Shown: piece by piece, positions 9,225 to 18,804 of the stretch
Position numbering within the stretch: the stretch's first letter is position 1
Layout of the letters: each line of letters opens with the position of its first letter
NCBI GenBank assembly: GCA_043753995.1
Contig: JAYUVP010000093.1
Location: 1-40,181, forward strand
Length of the DNA: 40,181 bases
Direction: 5' to 3'
DNA from: Fibrobacterota bacterium
GTDB lineage: Bacteria > Fibrobacterota > Fibrobacteria > UBA11236
The notes under the pieces: generated by a model
What the model was told of the DNA's origin: nothing
The model's database searches: none
What the model saw: only the letters and a program-made list of their open reading frames with translations
Made by a program: the position numbers and the translations under genes

Positions 9225-9499
9225 CGCGACTTTCTTTTAAGCAAGGATTCTTTCACCTTTTCCGTGCTGAGCAATCGCTTTTGCTTGATGTCTTCCTCTG
9301 CCAGGGATAGGTCGGTCAATAAATCCAGTTTGTCCAAGAGGATTTCATATTCTCTCACATCCAGCAAAACCGCCGAACTTTTGCCATGCTGGGTGATCAC
9401 CAGGGGGCGCTTGGTTTTGTTGACTTGTTCGATCAGGCTTGTTGCATTGGCCCGGAATTCACTGATGGGCTTGATATCTTTGTCTAGCTCTATCCGCAT
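9221..9499 (-). CDS. Type II antitoxin, Phd/YefM family
   Basis: DIKPISEFRANATSLIEQV..KRPLVITQHGKSSAVLLDVREYE; GAGG RBS before ATG 9499. Confidence 0.9.
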   Translation of the reverse strand: MRIELDKDIKPISEFRANATSLIEQVNKTKRPLVITQHGKSSAVLLDVREYEILLDKLDLLTDLSLAEEDIKQKRLLSTEKVKESLLKRKSR

Positions 9500-9512
9500 G
9501 GGCGACCTCATT

Positions 9513-9551
9513 TGTACTAAATATCGTACATAATTTAGACTTGAGTCTCAA
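9513..9551 (-). promoter_or_regulatory. Sigma70-type promoter of the TA operon with overlapping inverted-repeat operator
   Basis: Minus strand TTGAGA (9551-9546), 17 nt, TACGAT (9528-9523). Inverted repeat TGTAC-N8-GTACA (9513-9530) covers the -10. Palindrome CTTGAG-T-CTCAAG (9540-9552) covers the -35. Confidence 0.7.
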
Positions 9552-9611
9552 GAAGAAATCCTTATCGGAAATCTTAGGATTTAGCCCATACTTGGGTACT
9601 TTGTGACCTCC

Positions 9612-10841
9612 ATGTCCGCCGAGCATTCCACTTTGCCGCCGAAGCAAAATCAACCGGCCTTCGCTGCGTCGCCGCATTTGCGGAGGCGTTTGGGCGGTGC
9701 CTTTGCCATGCAATTGGCGGCTCCGTTTTTGGAATTGGTTTTGGCCTTTTTCCGGTGGCGGTCTGCGATTGGGGAAAGCCCGGAAAATCAGGGAAAGATC
9801 ACGGTATTTCAGGCTTATATGGTGGGCGATCTTTTCCTGGCCTTGCCCGCCTTACGTCGCTTGCAAGCCGCTTATGCTCCGGGGCAGGTGCAGGTTCTGT
9901 GTCGTCCCGACTGCGTGGCCTTGCTACGCGAGCGCGGCTTTGAGGCCTTGCCCTTGGCTCATCCCTGGTTCATGGCTAATACGCCGCGCGCTTTTTGGGC
10001 GAGCTTTCGCGCGGCCTTGGCTTATCGGGGTCACCTGGGAGTTACGGCCCTCGACACCGATGCCGATCCGCGCACGGGTTTTTTACTCCAGCTCATGGGC
10101 GTACGCGAAGTGCTGAGCTATCGGCGACCGCAAGCTCGGTTTTTCCATCGCTTATTCGAATTGCCGGGGGCACCGCAGCATCAGAGCGAAAAGAATGAAG
10201 CCGTCGTCGAAGGTTTTTTGCGGGAGAAAAAGATTCTGGAGCGCAGGCCGCTGGAGAACAAGTCCCGCATCGAACAGCAAGACGGGAAAAAGGTTTTACC
10301 TCGCCTATGGATTTCAGCTTGGACGCGCAAGTCGACTAAGAATTGGCCTCTCGAAAAATGGGAGAAGGTCTTGGAGCTTTTGTCGGCGCAGGGCGTGGCG
10401 TTTTCATTGCTGGATCCACCCGATGGAGACGCCGCTTGGCAGGCCTTTGCCTCGCGATGGCCTGAGCGACTTTTGCGACTTCCCCTGACGCAATTGGATC
10501 GGGCTTTGCGCGGGGCGGATGGGGTGACGGCGGTCATGACCTTGGACAATTTCCTGGGGCATATGGCGGCTGACGCGGGACAGCCGGTTTTGTGGATCAA
10601 TGGATCGTCTTCGCCGGAGCAGGTGGCGCCGCGAGGCCCGGCAGGTCAAGCGACCCAAATCGTCCAAATCGAAGTCATGCCCTGTCGTCCCTGCGGGCAT
10701 CGCTGCACGGAGAAGCGCGAGGCGCATTGCCTCACCGATTTGGAAGTCGCCGTGGTTTGGCCTAAAATCGAAGCTTGGCTGAAAGGCTTGGGTTTTTCGA
10801 TACCGCCTGCGCCGAGTTCTTTGCAGGTTATGCCAACTTAG
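9612..10841 (+). CDS. Glycosyltransferase family 9 (ADP-heptose:LPS heptosyltransferase-like)
   Basis: MVGDLFLALPALRRL, KNWPLEKW, TLDNFLGHMAA, C-terminal CRPC..C....C motif. Start uncertain (9603/9612/9708). Confidence 0.8.
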   Translation: MSAEHSTLPPKQNQPAFAASPHLRRRLGGAFAMQLAAPFLELVLAFFRWRSAIGESPENQGKITVFQAYMVGDLFLALPALRRLQAAYAPGQVQVLCRPDCVALLRERGFEALPLAHPWFMANTPRAFWASFRAALAYRGHLGVTALDTDADPRTGFLLQLMGVREVLSYRRPQARFFHRLFELPGAPQHQSEKNEAVVEGFLREKKILERRPLENKSRIEQQDGKKVLPRLWISAWTRKSTKNWPLEKWEKVLELLSAQGVAFSLLDPPDGDAAWQAFASRWPERLLRLPLTQLDRALRGADGVTAVMTLDNFLGHMAADAGQPVLWINGSSSPEQVAPRGPAGQATQIVQIEVMPCRPCGHRCTEKREAHCLTDLEVAVVWPKIEAWLKGLGFSIPPAPSSLQVMPT

Positions 10842-10896
10842 TGGCCGCTGAATCCCTATTTTAATGGGGTAGAGGTTGCCAGGGGAAATTCGATTC

Positions 10897-11604
10897 ATGG
10901 TTTTTGCGTTCAAGGGAAAAACCCAAATTGCCGCAGGGATGGTTTTCGCCATGCTGGGCGCGGGCTGCGTTTTTCAAACCGACGGTAACAGGCAGGGGAC
11001 TCTCCTGTTTCTCGGAAATTCCATCACGCGGCATGACAGCCTACCCGAAATCGGTTGGACCCAGGTGAATGGCATGGCCGCCACCGAGCCCGCTAAGGAC
11101 TATGTGCATCAAACCATGGCTTTTCTTGCTGCCCAAGGCTTCGGCGCGGAGGCGACCGTAGGTGCACGCGATTGTGATCTTTGTGATGGACCCATAGACG
11201 AGCATATTCACAATGCTGCCCGCGAAGTGCGGCTCTTGCAGCCTTTGGCCGTCGTGGTGCAATTGGGGGAGAATAGCAGTGAAGTCGAAATTGCAGCCGG
11301 TAAATTGACCGCGCAATACCGGCGGCTCCTGCAAGTACTTGAGGAGGCCGGGGCGAAGCGCATCCTGGCCTTAAGCGTGTGGGGCGATACCAGCTTGACG
11401 GGGCCGCGCAATAAAGCGGTGCAGTTGGCCTTGGCCGATTTCCCCAAGGTGCGCTTTCTTGATCTTACGGCCCTTTCTAAAGACCCTACGAATTATGGCG
11501 ACACCGCGAAGTACCGCAATGATGCGGTGAGTTGGCATCCCGGGGATCGAGGCATGCGCCTTATTGGCGAGCAAGTGGCCAAGGCCATTTTGGAGGCGAT
11601 GTGA
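10897..11604 (+). CDS. SGNH/GDSL hydrolase lipoprotein
   Basis: Lipobox LGAGC; block I FLGNSIT, block III QLGEN, block V WHPGDRGM. Confidence 0.8.
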   Translation: MVFAFKGKTQIAAGMVFAMLGAGCVFQTDGNRQGTLLFLGNSITRHDSLPEIGWTQVNGMAATEPAKDYVHQTMAFLAAQGFGAEATVGARDCDLCDGPIDEHIHNAAREVRLLQPLAVVVQLGENSSEVEIAAGKLTAQYRRLLQVLEEAGAKRILALSVWGDTSLTGPRNKAVQLALADFPKVRFLDLTALSKDPTNYGDTAKYRNDAVSWHPGDRGMRLIGEQVAKAILEAM

Positions 11605-14363
11605 ATTTCGTGAGTAGGCAATGGGGAAAATGGCTGGCGGCCTTGGTCTTGTCCCTAGCCGTGCCGGCATTGGCTAAAATCAAAGTGACTGCGGAGCAGG
11701 CGCGTGCCTTTCTCGGTGGGCGCACAGGCAAGGTCCTCTATACCAAGACCTTTGATCGCAAATTGTATTTCGTCGATTTCAGCGATAGTCTCTTGGTCGA
11801 GCATAAGGTGTCCGATGATCAGTATGTGTTGAATCCGAAAATATCGCCCGATGGCAGCCGGGTAGTCTATGAAAGCTATGGCGTCATTTATATACGCGAA
11901 TTAGTCGCCAATAGTTCGCAACGCTTCGCCGTGATGACGGCGCCCTTTCAGACGGGCCGATTTTACGAACCGCATTGGTGGGTACATCCCGTCACGGGTG
12001 CCGAATACATCAGCTATTCGACCGGAGATCCGGCCGAGGAGGCCTGGCCGCCCATCACCGGCGTCACCACCATGCAGCGCATCTCGAAAAATAAGCCCGA
12101 CACGTTGGCTGTGCAGCTTCTGCCTTATACCATGGGCACGGCGCGATCGCGCAATGGCAAGTGGGGCGGCTCTTCGAATCATTCCACCGGCCTTTTCAAG
12201 CTCGACTCGACACGGATAGATAGCGCCTTTCTCGACTCCAAGAATTGGCTCGATTCGGGATTGACTTATTCCAATTGCAATCCCAGCATCAATCCCAGCG
12301 CCAATCCCGCCCATCAAAGCCGTATGCTGCATTTGGGCGGCGGCCAATACACGCTTTTCGGTGAGATTCACGACAATCACAAAGCAGTCATCATGCGCTC
12401 TTGGGATGACGTCGACATCGATCATCCGGTTTGGTTTATGGGTGCCTTGGGCGATCGCGTCGACAACGACAGTTCCGGAAATATTTATTGGCACCATTGT
12501 GAATGGTCGAATAACGAGGATTATTTCGCGCTCAATGGATCCACCATCATCGAAAGTTGGGATTCGGCCGACGTGTATTTGGTGAAAATCAATTTCACTG
12601 GCAATAGCAAGCCTCTGCGCGTCATCCAGGGTGGCGGCGTCAATATCACTCCTGACCTTTGGGTCAAGGATGGCGTACAGCCCGCACGCATACGCCTCGA
12701 CAAAGGCGAATTGCATCGTGTGAGTTTGCGCGCTGACACCACGACCCTATTGCCCGACACCTTGCGCATCAGCAATGCGGGCGATGGCACCTTGCCCGGA
12801 CTTCAGGTCAGCGCTACACCCAAATGGCTCAAAGTCACTCTGGTGGACAATGGCACCAATCATCCCCTGCTGGTGAATCGGATTTTGCGCGATAGCGTTC
12901 CTCTGGGAGAATATCGCGACACGGTGGCGGTGACCTATGGCGGTGGCGTCGATAGCGCTATCTATGTAGTGACCTTTAGCTATCGCGATCCCGTATTGAC
13001 CACCTTAGATCCCAAGCCGCATACCGCCATCGTATTGCCGAAGGGTCAAACTTCCTTGTCAGCCCTGGCCTTGGATCAAATCGGCGATACCCTGGCGAAT
13101 CCACCCACGGTGACTTGGTCTGCCCCGATGGGCATATCGGGATTCACGGCAGCGGGGAAATACACGGCGGACACCCTGCCGCCTGCACCTCATGGTTTTC
13201 TCGCCATTGGCCAAAGCATGGGGCCCTCGGGCACGGTGGCGTGCACCACCCAGGTGCGTGTGGCGCGCATTTGGCAGCGCGCGGATATTGGGGTATCGGA
13301 GGCGTTACGATCGGGATCGGTCGCGGCAGGGTCGGCATGGGACAATGCCCCGAGGTTTTCAGTTTTAGGCGACTCTGTGAAGCTGGGTCGGGTACCTGAC
13401 TCGTTACGTCTGGATTTGGATGGTACCGTCGATCCCGCTCCTGACAGTGTGCTGCGAAGCTATGCTGACTTCACGGGATTTCGTTTTGCCAGCTTGCCGA
13501 AGGGCCGCTACCGCTTGCGCATGGGCCTTGTCACCGGGGGGCGACTGGACACTTCCCTGACGTCCTCCTGGATTTTGAAACTCGAAGGCAAAACGGCTTT
13601 TGAGGGTCGCCATTCCAAGCTGATTCTCAGCCGAGCCTGGAGCGTCATCACGGCGGAAGCTGTCGTCACGGTTTCCGACACGGATGGTCTGGTGGGCGAA
13701 TTCCTCGGCCTCAGCGAGGCGGGATTGCATGTGGCCAGCCTGGAGATTTTCGACTTCGCTTTACCCCCCGTCACGGTTTTGTCTCCCAATGGCGGAGAAA
13801 ATTTGCGCACCAAGGACACCTTGCACATTCGTTGGAATACCGATGGCAATGTGGTTTCGGTGGGTATTCAAATTTCTGTGGACTCGGGCAAGAAGTGGAT
13901 CCCAGTGACACGCAATTCCAGCGTGGGCAATCGCGATCCGGCCTGGGGAAATTATGCCTGGGTTTTGCCGGATTCGCTGGATGGCCAAGACTTCGTCACG
14001 GGCAAGGCCATGATTCAGGTCTACGACTATTTCGGAAGCGATCGCGATCGCTCCGACGCAATTTTTTCGCTGGTCAAAGGCCCGGCGGCTTTGCGCCCCG
14101 AAGGGGCGACCTTGGCGCGTGCGACGCGCTTTTCGGCCCGCTGGCAAAGCGGCGCGGGACTACGCTTGCGGGGTTTGACGCCGGGGCAAAATGTCGATGT
14201 GGCCTTGCTCGACAGCCGCGGCCGCTGGGCGGCGGCGCAGCGTCATGTGCCCGTCAATGCCCAGGGGGATGCGACCTGGACGACGCAAGCACCGAGAGGC
14301 GTTTATCGCCTCTGGGTGCGACAGGGCAAGGCCAAACATATTGCGGCGATTGCAGTGTATTAG
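11601..14363 (+). CDS. Large secreted multidomain protein: TolB-like beta-propeller, Ig/BACON-like, malectin-like, Ig (SPNGGE) and basic T9SS-like C-terminal domain
   Basis: GGAGG RBS, GTG overlapping the upstream stop. Signal peptide ..AVPALA|K; PKISPDGSRVVY; ISNAGDGTL..W; DPAPDSVLRS..GRYRLRM; VTVLSPNGGE; C-terminus LLDSRGR...RGVYRLWVRQG. Confidence 0.65.
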   Translation: MNFVSRQWGKWLAALVLSLAVPALAKIKVTAEQARAFLGGRTGKVLYTKTFDRKLYFVDFSDSLLVEHKVSDDQYVLNPKISPDGSRVVYESYGVIYIRELVANSSQRFAVMTAPFQTGRFYEPHWWVHPVTGAEYISYSTGDPAEEAWPPITGVTTMQRISKNKPDTLAVQLLPYTMGTARSRNGKWGGSSNHSTGLFKLDSTRIDSAFLDSKNWLDSGLTYSNCNPSINPSANPAHQSRMLHLGGGQYTLFGEIHDNHKAVIMRSWDDVDIDHPVWFMGALGDRVDNDSSGNIYWHHCEWSNNEDYFALNGSTIIESWDSADVYLVKINFTGNSKPLRVIQGGGVNITPDLWVKDGVQPARIRLDKGELHRVSLRADTTTLLPDTLRISNAGDGTLPGLQVSATPKWLKVTLVDNGTNHPLLVNRILRDSVPLGEYRDTVAVTYGGGVDSAIYVVTFSYRDPVLTTLDPKPHTAIVLPKGQTSLSALALDQIGDTLANPPTVTWSAPMGISGFTAAGKYTADTLPPAPHGFLAIGQSMGPSGTVACTTQVRVARIWQRADIGVSEALRSGSVAAGSAWDNAPRFSVLGDSVKLGRVPDSLRLDLDGTVDPAPDSVLRSYADFTGFRFASLPKGRYRLRMGLVTGGRLDTSLTSSWILKLEGKTAFEGRHSKLILSRAWSVITAEAVVTVSDTDGLVGEFLGLSEAGLHVASLEIFDFALPPVTVLSPNGGENLRTKDTLHIRWNTDGNVVSVGIQISVDSGKKWIPVTRNSSVGNRDPAWGNYAWVLPDSLDGQDFVTGKAMIQVYDYFGSDRDRSDAIFSLVKGPAALRPEGATLARATRFSARWQSGAGLRLRGLTPGQNVDVALLDSRGRWAAAQRHVPVNAQGDATWTTQAPRGVYRLWVRQGKAKHIAAIAVY

Positions 14364-15487
14364 CATCCGCTGATTTTTCGAATCCAATTCCTGTCCATGC
14401 AGGGCCTTTCGATGAGCAGGAAAAAAACAGCCGAGATGGCTAATAGGATGGCCACCAGGGTCGCGGCACAAAGCGAGATAGAGATCCATCCATGTTCGGA
14501 AAAGGAATGCTTGACCAAGGCATTCCCGAATAGGCTGATGAGGGGATAGTGTAAGAGATAGATGGAATAACACATGCCTCCGATGCCGGTAAAAAACGGC
14601 AAGGAAAGCCAGCGAAAAATTCCCTGAAAGATCACGTAATAGCAAAACGCGAACATGCTCAAGCATTGCCCTGCTTCAAGCAGGAAGTCCCAGGCCTTAA
14701 TCTGGGAGTTGTGTTCATTGCAAAGCGCCATGGCTCCCAAGAAAAAAAGACCGATAAGCCCATCAACCATTGTTTTGGGCAAAGGCTTGGTTTGCGAGAT
14801 GCGTAAGTCGGCAAGTAGCCAGCCCGCCAAGAAAAAGTGGGCATAGTTGAGCAAGCTGCGAAATTCGAAAATCGAGAATTGATTCCAGGCGGCGAATCCC
14901 AGGGCCAAGCCGGCCATGAGACCACGGCGTAGCCGCGGTGACGATAGGGCAAAGACATAGGCCAGTGCCGGCGCAAGCACATAGAATTGCACTTCGACTT
15001 CCAGGCTCCAGGCCACGCCGAGTATCGGGGAAAATTCGCCGGGATAGAAAAAGCCATGGGAATAAATCAGCGAAGCCAAGTAGCTGAGTAAACCGGATTC
15101 CCAGGGTACGGTCTTAGCGACAAGGGTCGAGCCCAAAAACAAGGCGGTCAGGACTAGGATATAGGGCGGTTCAAGCCTCGTTAAACGCCGCAAATAATAG
15201 GCCTTCAGGCTTAGGCGCTTTTCGCCTCCGAGAAAGTGTTTCGCGAAAGGCAAGCCCAAGACAAAACCGCTGATGACAAAAAACAGGGGAACGCCCAGGT
15301 TACCCTGGTTCAAACACCGATGGAGAAATGAAAAATCGACGAGCGAGGGGGAGGTAGGGTTGACCTTGGTGGTCAAAAACTCAGTGAGATGGTAGGCGAC
15401 TACGCTGGCGATGGCCAAAAAGCGAAGCCCATCGATTTCGGGAATAAAGGCCTGGGAGGAAGTGATCCTGCGAAAGGAAATGGCCAA
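14360..15487 (-). CDS. Acyltransferase family 3 (OafA/YrhL-like membrane O-acyltransferase, no fused SGNH)
   Basis: EIDGLRFLAI, GVPLFFVISGFV, YYLRRLTRLEPPY, WSLEVEVQFY, GGMCYSIYLLHYP. Confidence 0.9.
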   Translation of the reverse strand: MAISFRRITSSQAFIPEIDGLRFLAIASVVAYHLTEFLTTKVNPTSPSLVDFSFLHRCLNQGNLGVPLFFVISGFVLGLPFAKHFLGGEKRLSLKAYYLRRLTRLEPPYILVLTALFLGSTLVAKTVPWESGLLSYLASLIYSHGFFYPGEFSPILGVAWSLEVEVQFYVLAPALAYVFALSSPRLRRGLMAGLALGFAAWNQFSIFEFRSLLNYAHFFLAGWLLADLRISQTKPLPKTMVDGLIGLFFLGAMALCNEHNSQIKAWDFLLEAGQCLSMFAFCYYVIFQGIFRWLSLPFFTGIGGMCYSIYLLHYPLISLFGNALVKHSFSEHGWISISLCAATLVAILLAISAVFFLLIERPCMDRNWIRKISGC

Positions 15488-15563
15488 AATTATTTGAAAC
15501 TGCGATTGGCGCGCAATTTAAACCTCCGTACACATCATTTAACATTTTTTGTGTAAGGACGAA

Positions 15564-16013
15564 TCAACCCCGACCGAGCAGGGAAGTCCATGAGGGATTG
15601 GTGCCAGCATGCTCGATGGCGGCATTCCAGCTGTCCCCGAGGAATTCGCGGGCAATGGAACAATAGGCGAGTTGAAAGCAAGTCTCGCAGGCGCTGTCGC
15701 AACCGTCGACATGCAAGGTCTCCAGGGCATTGCGGGGGCGCGGCAGGGGCGAGTCGAGCAATTGCAATAGGCCGCGATAAGCGGCGCGAGCCGGCATTTT
15801 ATCGACGAAATCCAAATGCACTTGCTTTTCGAGTAAATCGAGTTCTATACTGCACATTAGTGCAGGTAGCTCTATTTCATGCACCTGCTCGGCATCGGGA
15901 AGGCTGCGGGGGAACAGCAATTCGCGCAAGGTGAGAAAACCTGAAGCCGGCTGGGATTCGCCATGGCTCCAGTCTGAACTGGAGAAATTCGAGTTGGTAT
16001 TCGATGCGTGCAT
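15564..16013 (-). CDS. Hypothetical protein with C-terminal CxxxCxxCx5C motif
   Basis: Fills the gap between co-oriented genes; GGAGG upstream; motif GCDSACETCFQLAYC. Confidence 0.55.
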   Translation of the reverse strand: MHASNTNSNFSSSDWSHGESQPASGFLTLRELLFPRSLPDAEQVHEIELPALMCSIELDLLEKQVHLDFVDKMPARAAYRGLLQLLDSPLPRPRNALETLHVDGCDSACETCFQLAYCSIAREFLGDSWNAAIEHAGTNPSWTSLLGRG

Positions 16014-16112
16014 GAGGTCCTGACTGGGGAAATCCTCCGCCAGTATACCGCACGCAAATTTTGTGAATCCACTTTAAAATCAATGACTTAGCTCACAAAA
16101 AACCCAAGCCTT

Positions 16113-16154
16113 TCAAACCTCAGCGCACTTCAAAATAACTTGACTGAGGTTTGA
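16113..16154. repeat. 11-bp perfect inverted repeat downstream of ydcH
   Basis: TCAAACCTCAG (16113-16123), 20-nt loop, CTGAGGTTTGA (16144-16154). Confidence 0.6.
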
Positions 16155-16175
16155 CCGGCTGGGTCGTGGGGGGTC

Positions 16176-16412
16176 TCAGCCTTTCAACATACCATTCAGG
16201 CTGTCCTTCAAATGCAGGCGCTTTAGCTTCAGCTCTTCCATATGCTGATCGGAGGTGGGAGAGTCGGCTTCTTCCAGGCGGCGTACTTCCTTATTCACCT
16301 CATGATATTCTTCGAATAGGCGCGCGAAGTGATGATTGCTGACTTTCAGCTCATGAATTCGATCATTAAATTCGGGAAATTCGTGATGCAAATCATGCGG
16401 ATCAATTCTCAT
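16176..16412 (-). CDS. ydcH: DUF465 / YdcH family small coiled-coil protein
   Basis: HDLHHEFPEF..RIHELK..HHFARLFEEYH...LKLKRLHLKD; AAGGAG RBS. Confidence 0.85.
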   Translation of the reverse strand: MRIDPHDLHHEFPEFNDRIHELKVSNHHFARLFEEYHEVNKEVRRLEEADSPTSDQHMEELKLKRLHLKDSLNGMLKG

Positions 16413-16450
16413 GGTAGGTCTCCTTATGAGTTAAAAGGTTAACCTGCGAT

Positions 16451-18802
16451 TCACCGTATTGAGGTTTTTCTTTTTGCGACAGAGTGACAATATCCTGTCA
16501 ATAAGGCGAAACCCGCCGCACAAAGAGCACATAGCTTGAAAAACGCGATCGGGAAAAAACGCATTTCGATTTTGCTGTTCACCTGGTCAATCACCCCATA
16601 TTGGAAACCATTCACGTCACGAAGCATGGGCTGCCACCTTCCATCGCCCGTGCGCATTTGCCATCCCGGCCAATAGTGCTCGCGAAAAACCAAGGTGTCG
16701 CCGGCTTTAAAGGACCCGCGTATTTCGAGTTGTCCATCGCGAGGTTCCAGGGCGCAGAGGTCGGCGTGGCGGGCGAAGGCTTCAGGGCAGGGTGGCGGGC
16801 TGTCCTGGAGGGAGTCGAGTGCCTGCGGATTCGCATCGCTTCGCGAGGGTTTGCGCTCCAGGCGAGGGGCATAGCTTGGCATTTCGTAAACCGCGACGCT
16901 ACCGTAACGCCCGAGTTTCTCCAGGGCTTGGCCGTGAAAGGACGTGAAGTCATGATCGGTGAGGAGATAGCGTGCTGACAAGTCGGTGGGTGCCATGACG
17001 CGGCCCCAATTCCAGAGCAGGGGCAAATGCGCCGAAGCGTGCCGTATGCCGTATACCGCGTGGATGCCATAGCTCAAGGCAGATTTTTCGCGCTCATACA
17101 AGTCGAGGCGGCGTAGGGGTTGATGATGCATGAGCCACAGGCTATCGCCGGGATATTCGAGATAATGCGTTATGCGCCAAAACGGCTTGTTTTTCAGGTC
17201 GAGGACGGGAAGGGTTGTTGGCGGCCGCGTATAATAGTCGGACGGGAATTTGTGAAAATGCACCCAATGCAAGCGGAGGCTTCCCGCACCGAGCAGCAAG
17301 AACAAAAGAGGAAGGAAGACCCGCCTATCACTTCGACTAGGACTTCGACGCCAAACCCAGGAGCAAAGAAAAAGGGCCAAGGCCATCCAGATAAAATCGT
17401 GACCGAGATCGCGACAAAGCACCATGAGCTTGGGACCGTAGTTTTTGCCGTGGACCTGGGTGGAGATCAGGCTCCAGGGCCAAGCGCTGAGGCCCAGGTA
17501 AAGCAATGCTCCGGCGCCCAAGGCATGCAGCGCAGCGCCAATAGGCAAAAGCTTGTGCAGGGCAATGCGATGTCGGCCCGCGAGAAAACCACGTAGGCCA
17601 TGGCCGCAGAATGCGGCGAGGGCGAGGAGGAAGAGGATGTCATAGCGGCCGGGCCGTCGCATTTCGCCGAAGCCGGGCAAGTGAAAAGTGATGTGACTGG
17701 CGAAAAGCAGAGGACCCAAGGCCAGCCAAAGTCCGGCAAGTCCAATCCCGCCCAGCACGAGCAAGCGAGGCGAGAGGCTGCGCCTACGGGCGAAGAAAAG
17801 CATGAGCAGGCCCAGGCCTCCTAGACCCACATAGACCTCGGTCCAGGGTTCATGGCCCCACCAGGTCGCATGTGCCGGAGTCCCCAGGGCATAAGGGTAA
17901 AGCAAGGCCAGCAAATGCTTGGGCCGCAAAGCGCCAGCGGTGAATTCCGTAAAGCCGAAGGCGCTGACTCCCGAGGTATCACGCAAGTGACTATCCGGGC
18001 TGTCGTTTTGCGAATGGCCGTTTTGTAGGCTGCCGCTTTCCCACGTCACACCGCCGTAACGTCCCGTCTCGGAGACGAGTTGCAGGAAGGGAAGGAAAAG
18101 CGGGAGGCATAGGCAAAGCGCCAGGGCATGCGCTCGAAACCCGGACATCAAGCGCGGCCAAGGCCAAAGAGTGAAGGGCAAAAGCAAAAGCCCTTGGGTG
18201 AAGGTCGCCTGCGGATGTCCGCCATAGGCTTGCAAAGCGAAGACCGCGGCATAGGCGCATAGACGGCCCGAGGTGGGCTTTTCCCGGGCGCGCAAAAAGA
18301 GCCCCAGCACCCAAGGCATATAGGCCCAACCCGCCATAAAGGTGGGATGCTCATAACGCGCCAGTAACGGTCCCGACAGAGCGAAAACCACGCCCGCCCA
18401 TAGCGAGGGCGCACGGCCGAGGCGCAATTGCGGGCCTAAGACCGTGAAGCCAAAGGCGGCTACAGCGAAATGCAAGGCATAAAAAGCATAGAGGCCGATT
18501 TGCGGCGACAGCGGGCCGAAGCAAAGCCAGGTGATGGGATAAAGCCAGCCGCTTTGCCAATAAGCATACATGGGCATGCCCGTCTGATAGCTACTGCTCC
18601 ACAAAGGCAAATGCGTGAGGGAAAAATCGCGATGGAAGTCAGCGAAATAACAGTAATAGGCCACCAGCATGTCTTGAATGAGCACGGTATGGCGGCCGAG
18701 AGCCAAGGGTAACAGGGCCGCTACCCCCAGTAACAGGCAAAAGACGGGGGTGAAGCCCGGTTTGCGCAGCCAGCGGTCTAAAAAAAAGGATGTTGGGAGC
18801 AT
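16451..18802 (-). CDS. YfhO-like GT-C integral membrane glycosyltransferase
   Basis: LPLWSS..TGMP.YA..Q.GWLYP, GGHPQ, YVGLGGL, MRRPGRY; C-terminal periplasmic domain with YWPGW and a terminal TM helix. Confidence 0.75.
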   Translation of the reverse strand: MLPTSFFLDRWLRKPGFTPVFCLLLGVAALLPLALGRHTVLIQDMLVAYYCYFADFHRDFSLTHLPLWSSSYQTGMPMYAYWQSGWLYPITWLCFGPLSPQIGLYAFYALHFAVAAFGFTVLGPQLRLGRAPSLWAGVVFALSGPLLARYEHPTFMAGWAYMPWVLGLFLRAREKPTSGRLCAYAAVFALQAYGGHPQATFTQGLLLLPFTLWPWPRLMSGFRAHALALCLCLPLFLPFLQLVSETGRYGGVTWESGSLQNGHSQNDSPDSHLRDTSGVSAFGFTEFTAGALRPKHLLALLYPYALGTPAHATWWGHEPWTEVYVGLGGLGLLMLFFARRRSLSPRLLVLGGIGLAGLWLALGPLLFASHITFHLPGFGEMRRPGRYDILFLLALAAFCGHGLRGFLAGRHRIALHKLLPIGAALHALGAGALLYLGLSAWPWSLISTQVHGKNYGPKLMVLCRDLGHDFIWMALALFLCSWVWRRSPSRSDRRVFLPLLFLLLGAGSLRLHWVHFHKFPSDYYTRPPTTLPVLDLKNKPFWRITHYLEYPGDSLWLMHHQPLRRLDLYEREKSALSYGIHAVYGIRHASAHLPLLWNWGRVMAPTDLSARYLLTDHDFTSFHGQALEKLGRYGSVAVYEMPSYAPRLERKPSRSDANPQALDSLQDSPPPCPEAFARHADLCALEPRDGQLEIRGSFKAGDTLVFREHYWPGWQMRTGDGRWQPMLRDVNGFQYGVIDQVNSKIEMRFFPIAFFKLCALCAAGFALLTGYCHSVAKRKTSIR

Positions 18803-18804
18803 CG

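Noticed and set aside
11901..12716. Long antisense or alternative-frame ORFs (also 19009-19683, 19356-20006, 28210-28980)
   Set aside because: They are shadows of well-supported GC-rich genes and have no recognisable motifs.
15620..15720. Radical SAM enzyme (CxxxCxxC)
   Set aside because: The motif is near the C-terminus of a 149-aa protein, leaving no room for the barrel.
15851..15864. Perfect TGCAC-ATTA-GTGCA LexA-like box
   Set aside because: It lies inside a probable CDS with no promoter context, and a motif with 9 fixed positions can plausibly occur once by chance in 40 kb.
16072..16092. TAAGTCATTGATTTTAAA (minus strand), reminiscent of motifs near integration sites
   Set aside because: Single copy with no integrase, tRNA or flanking direct repeat.
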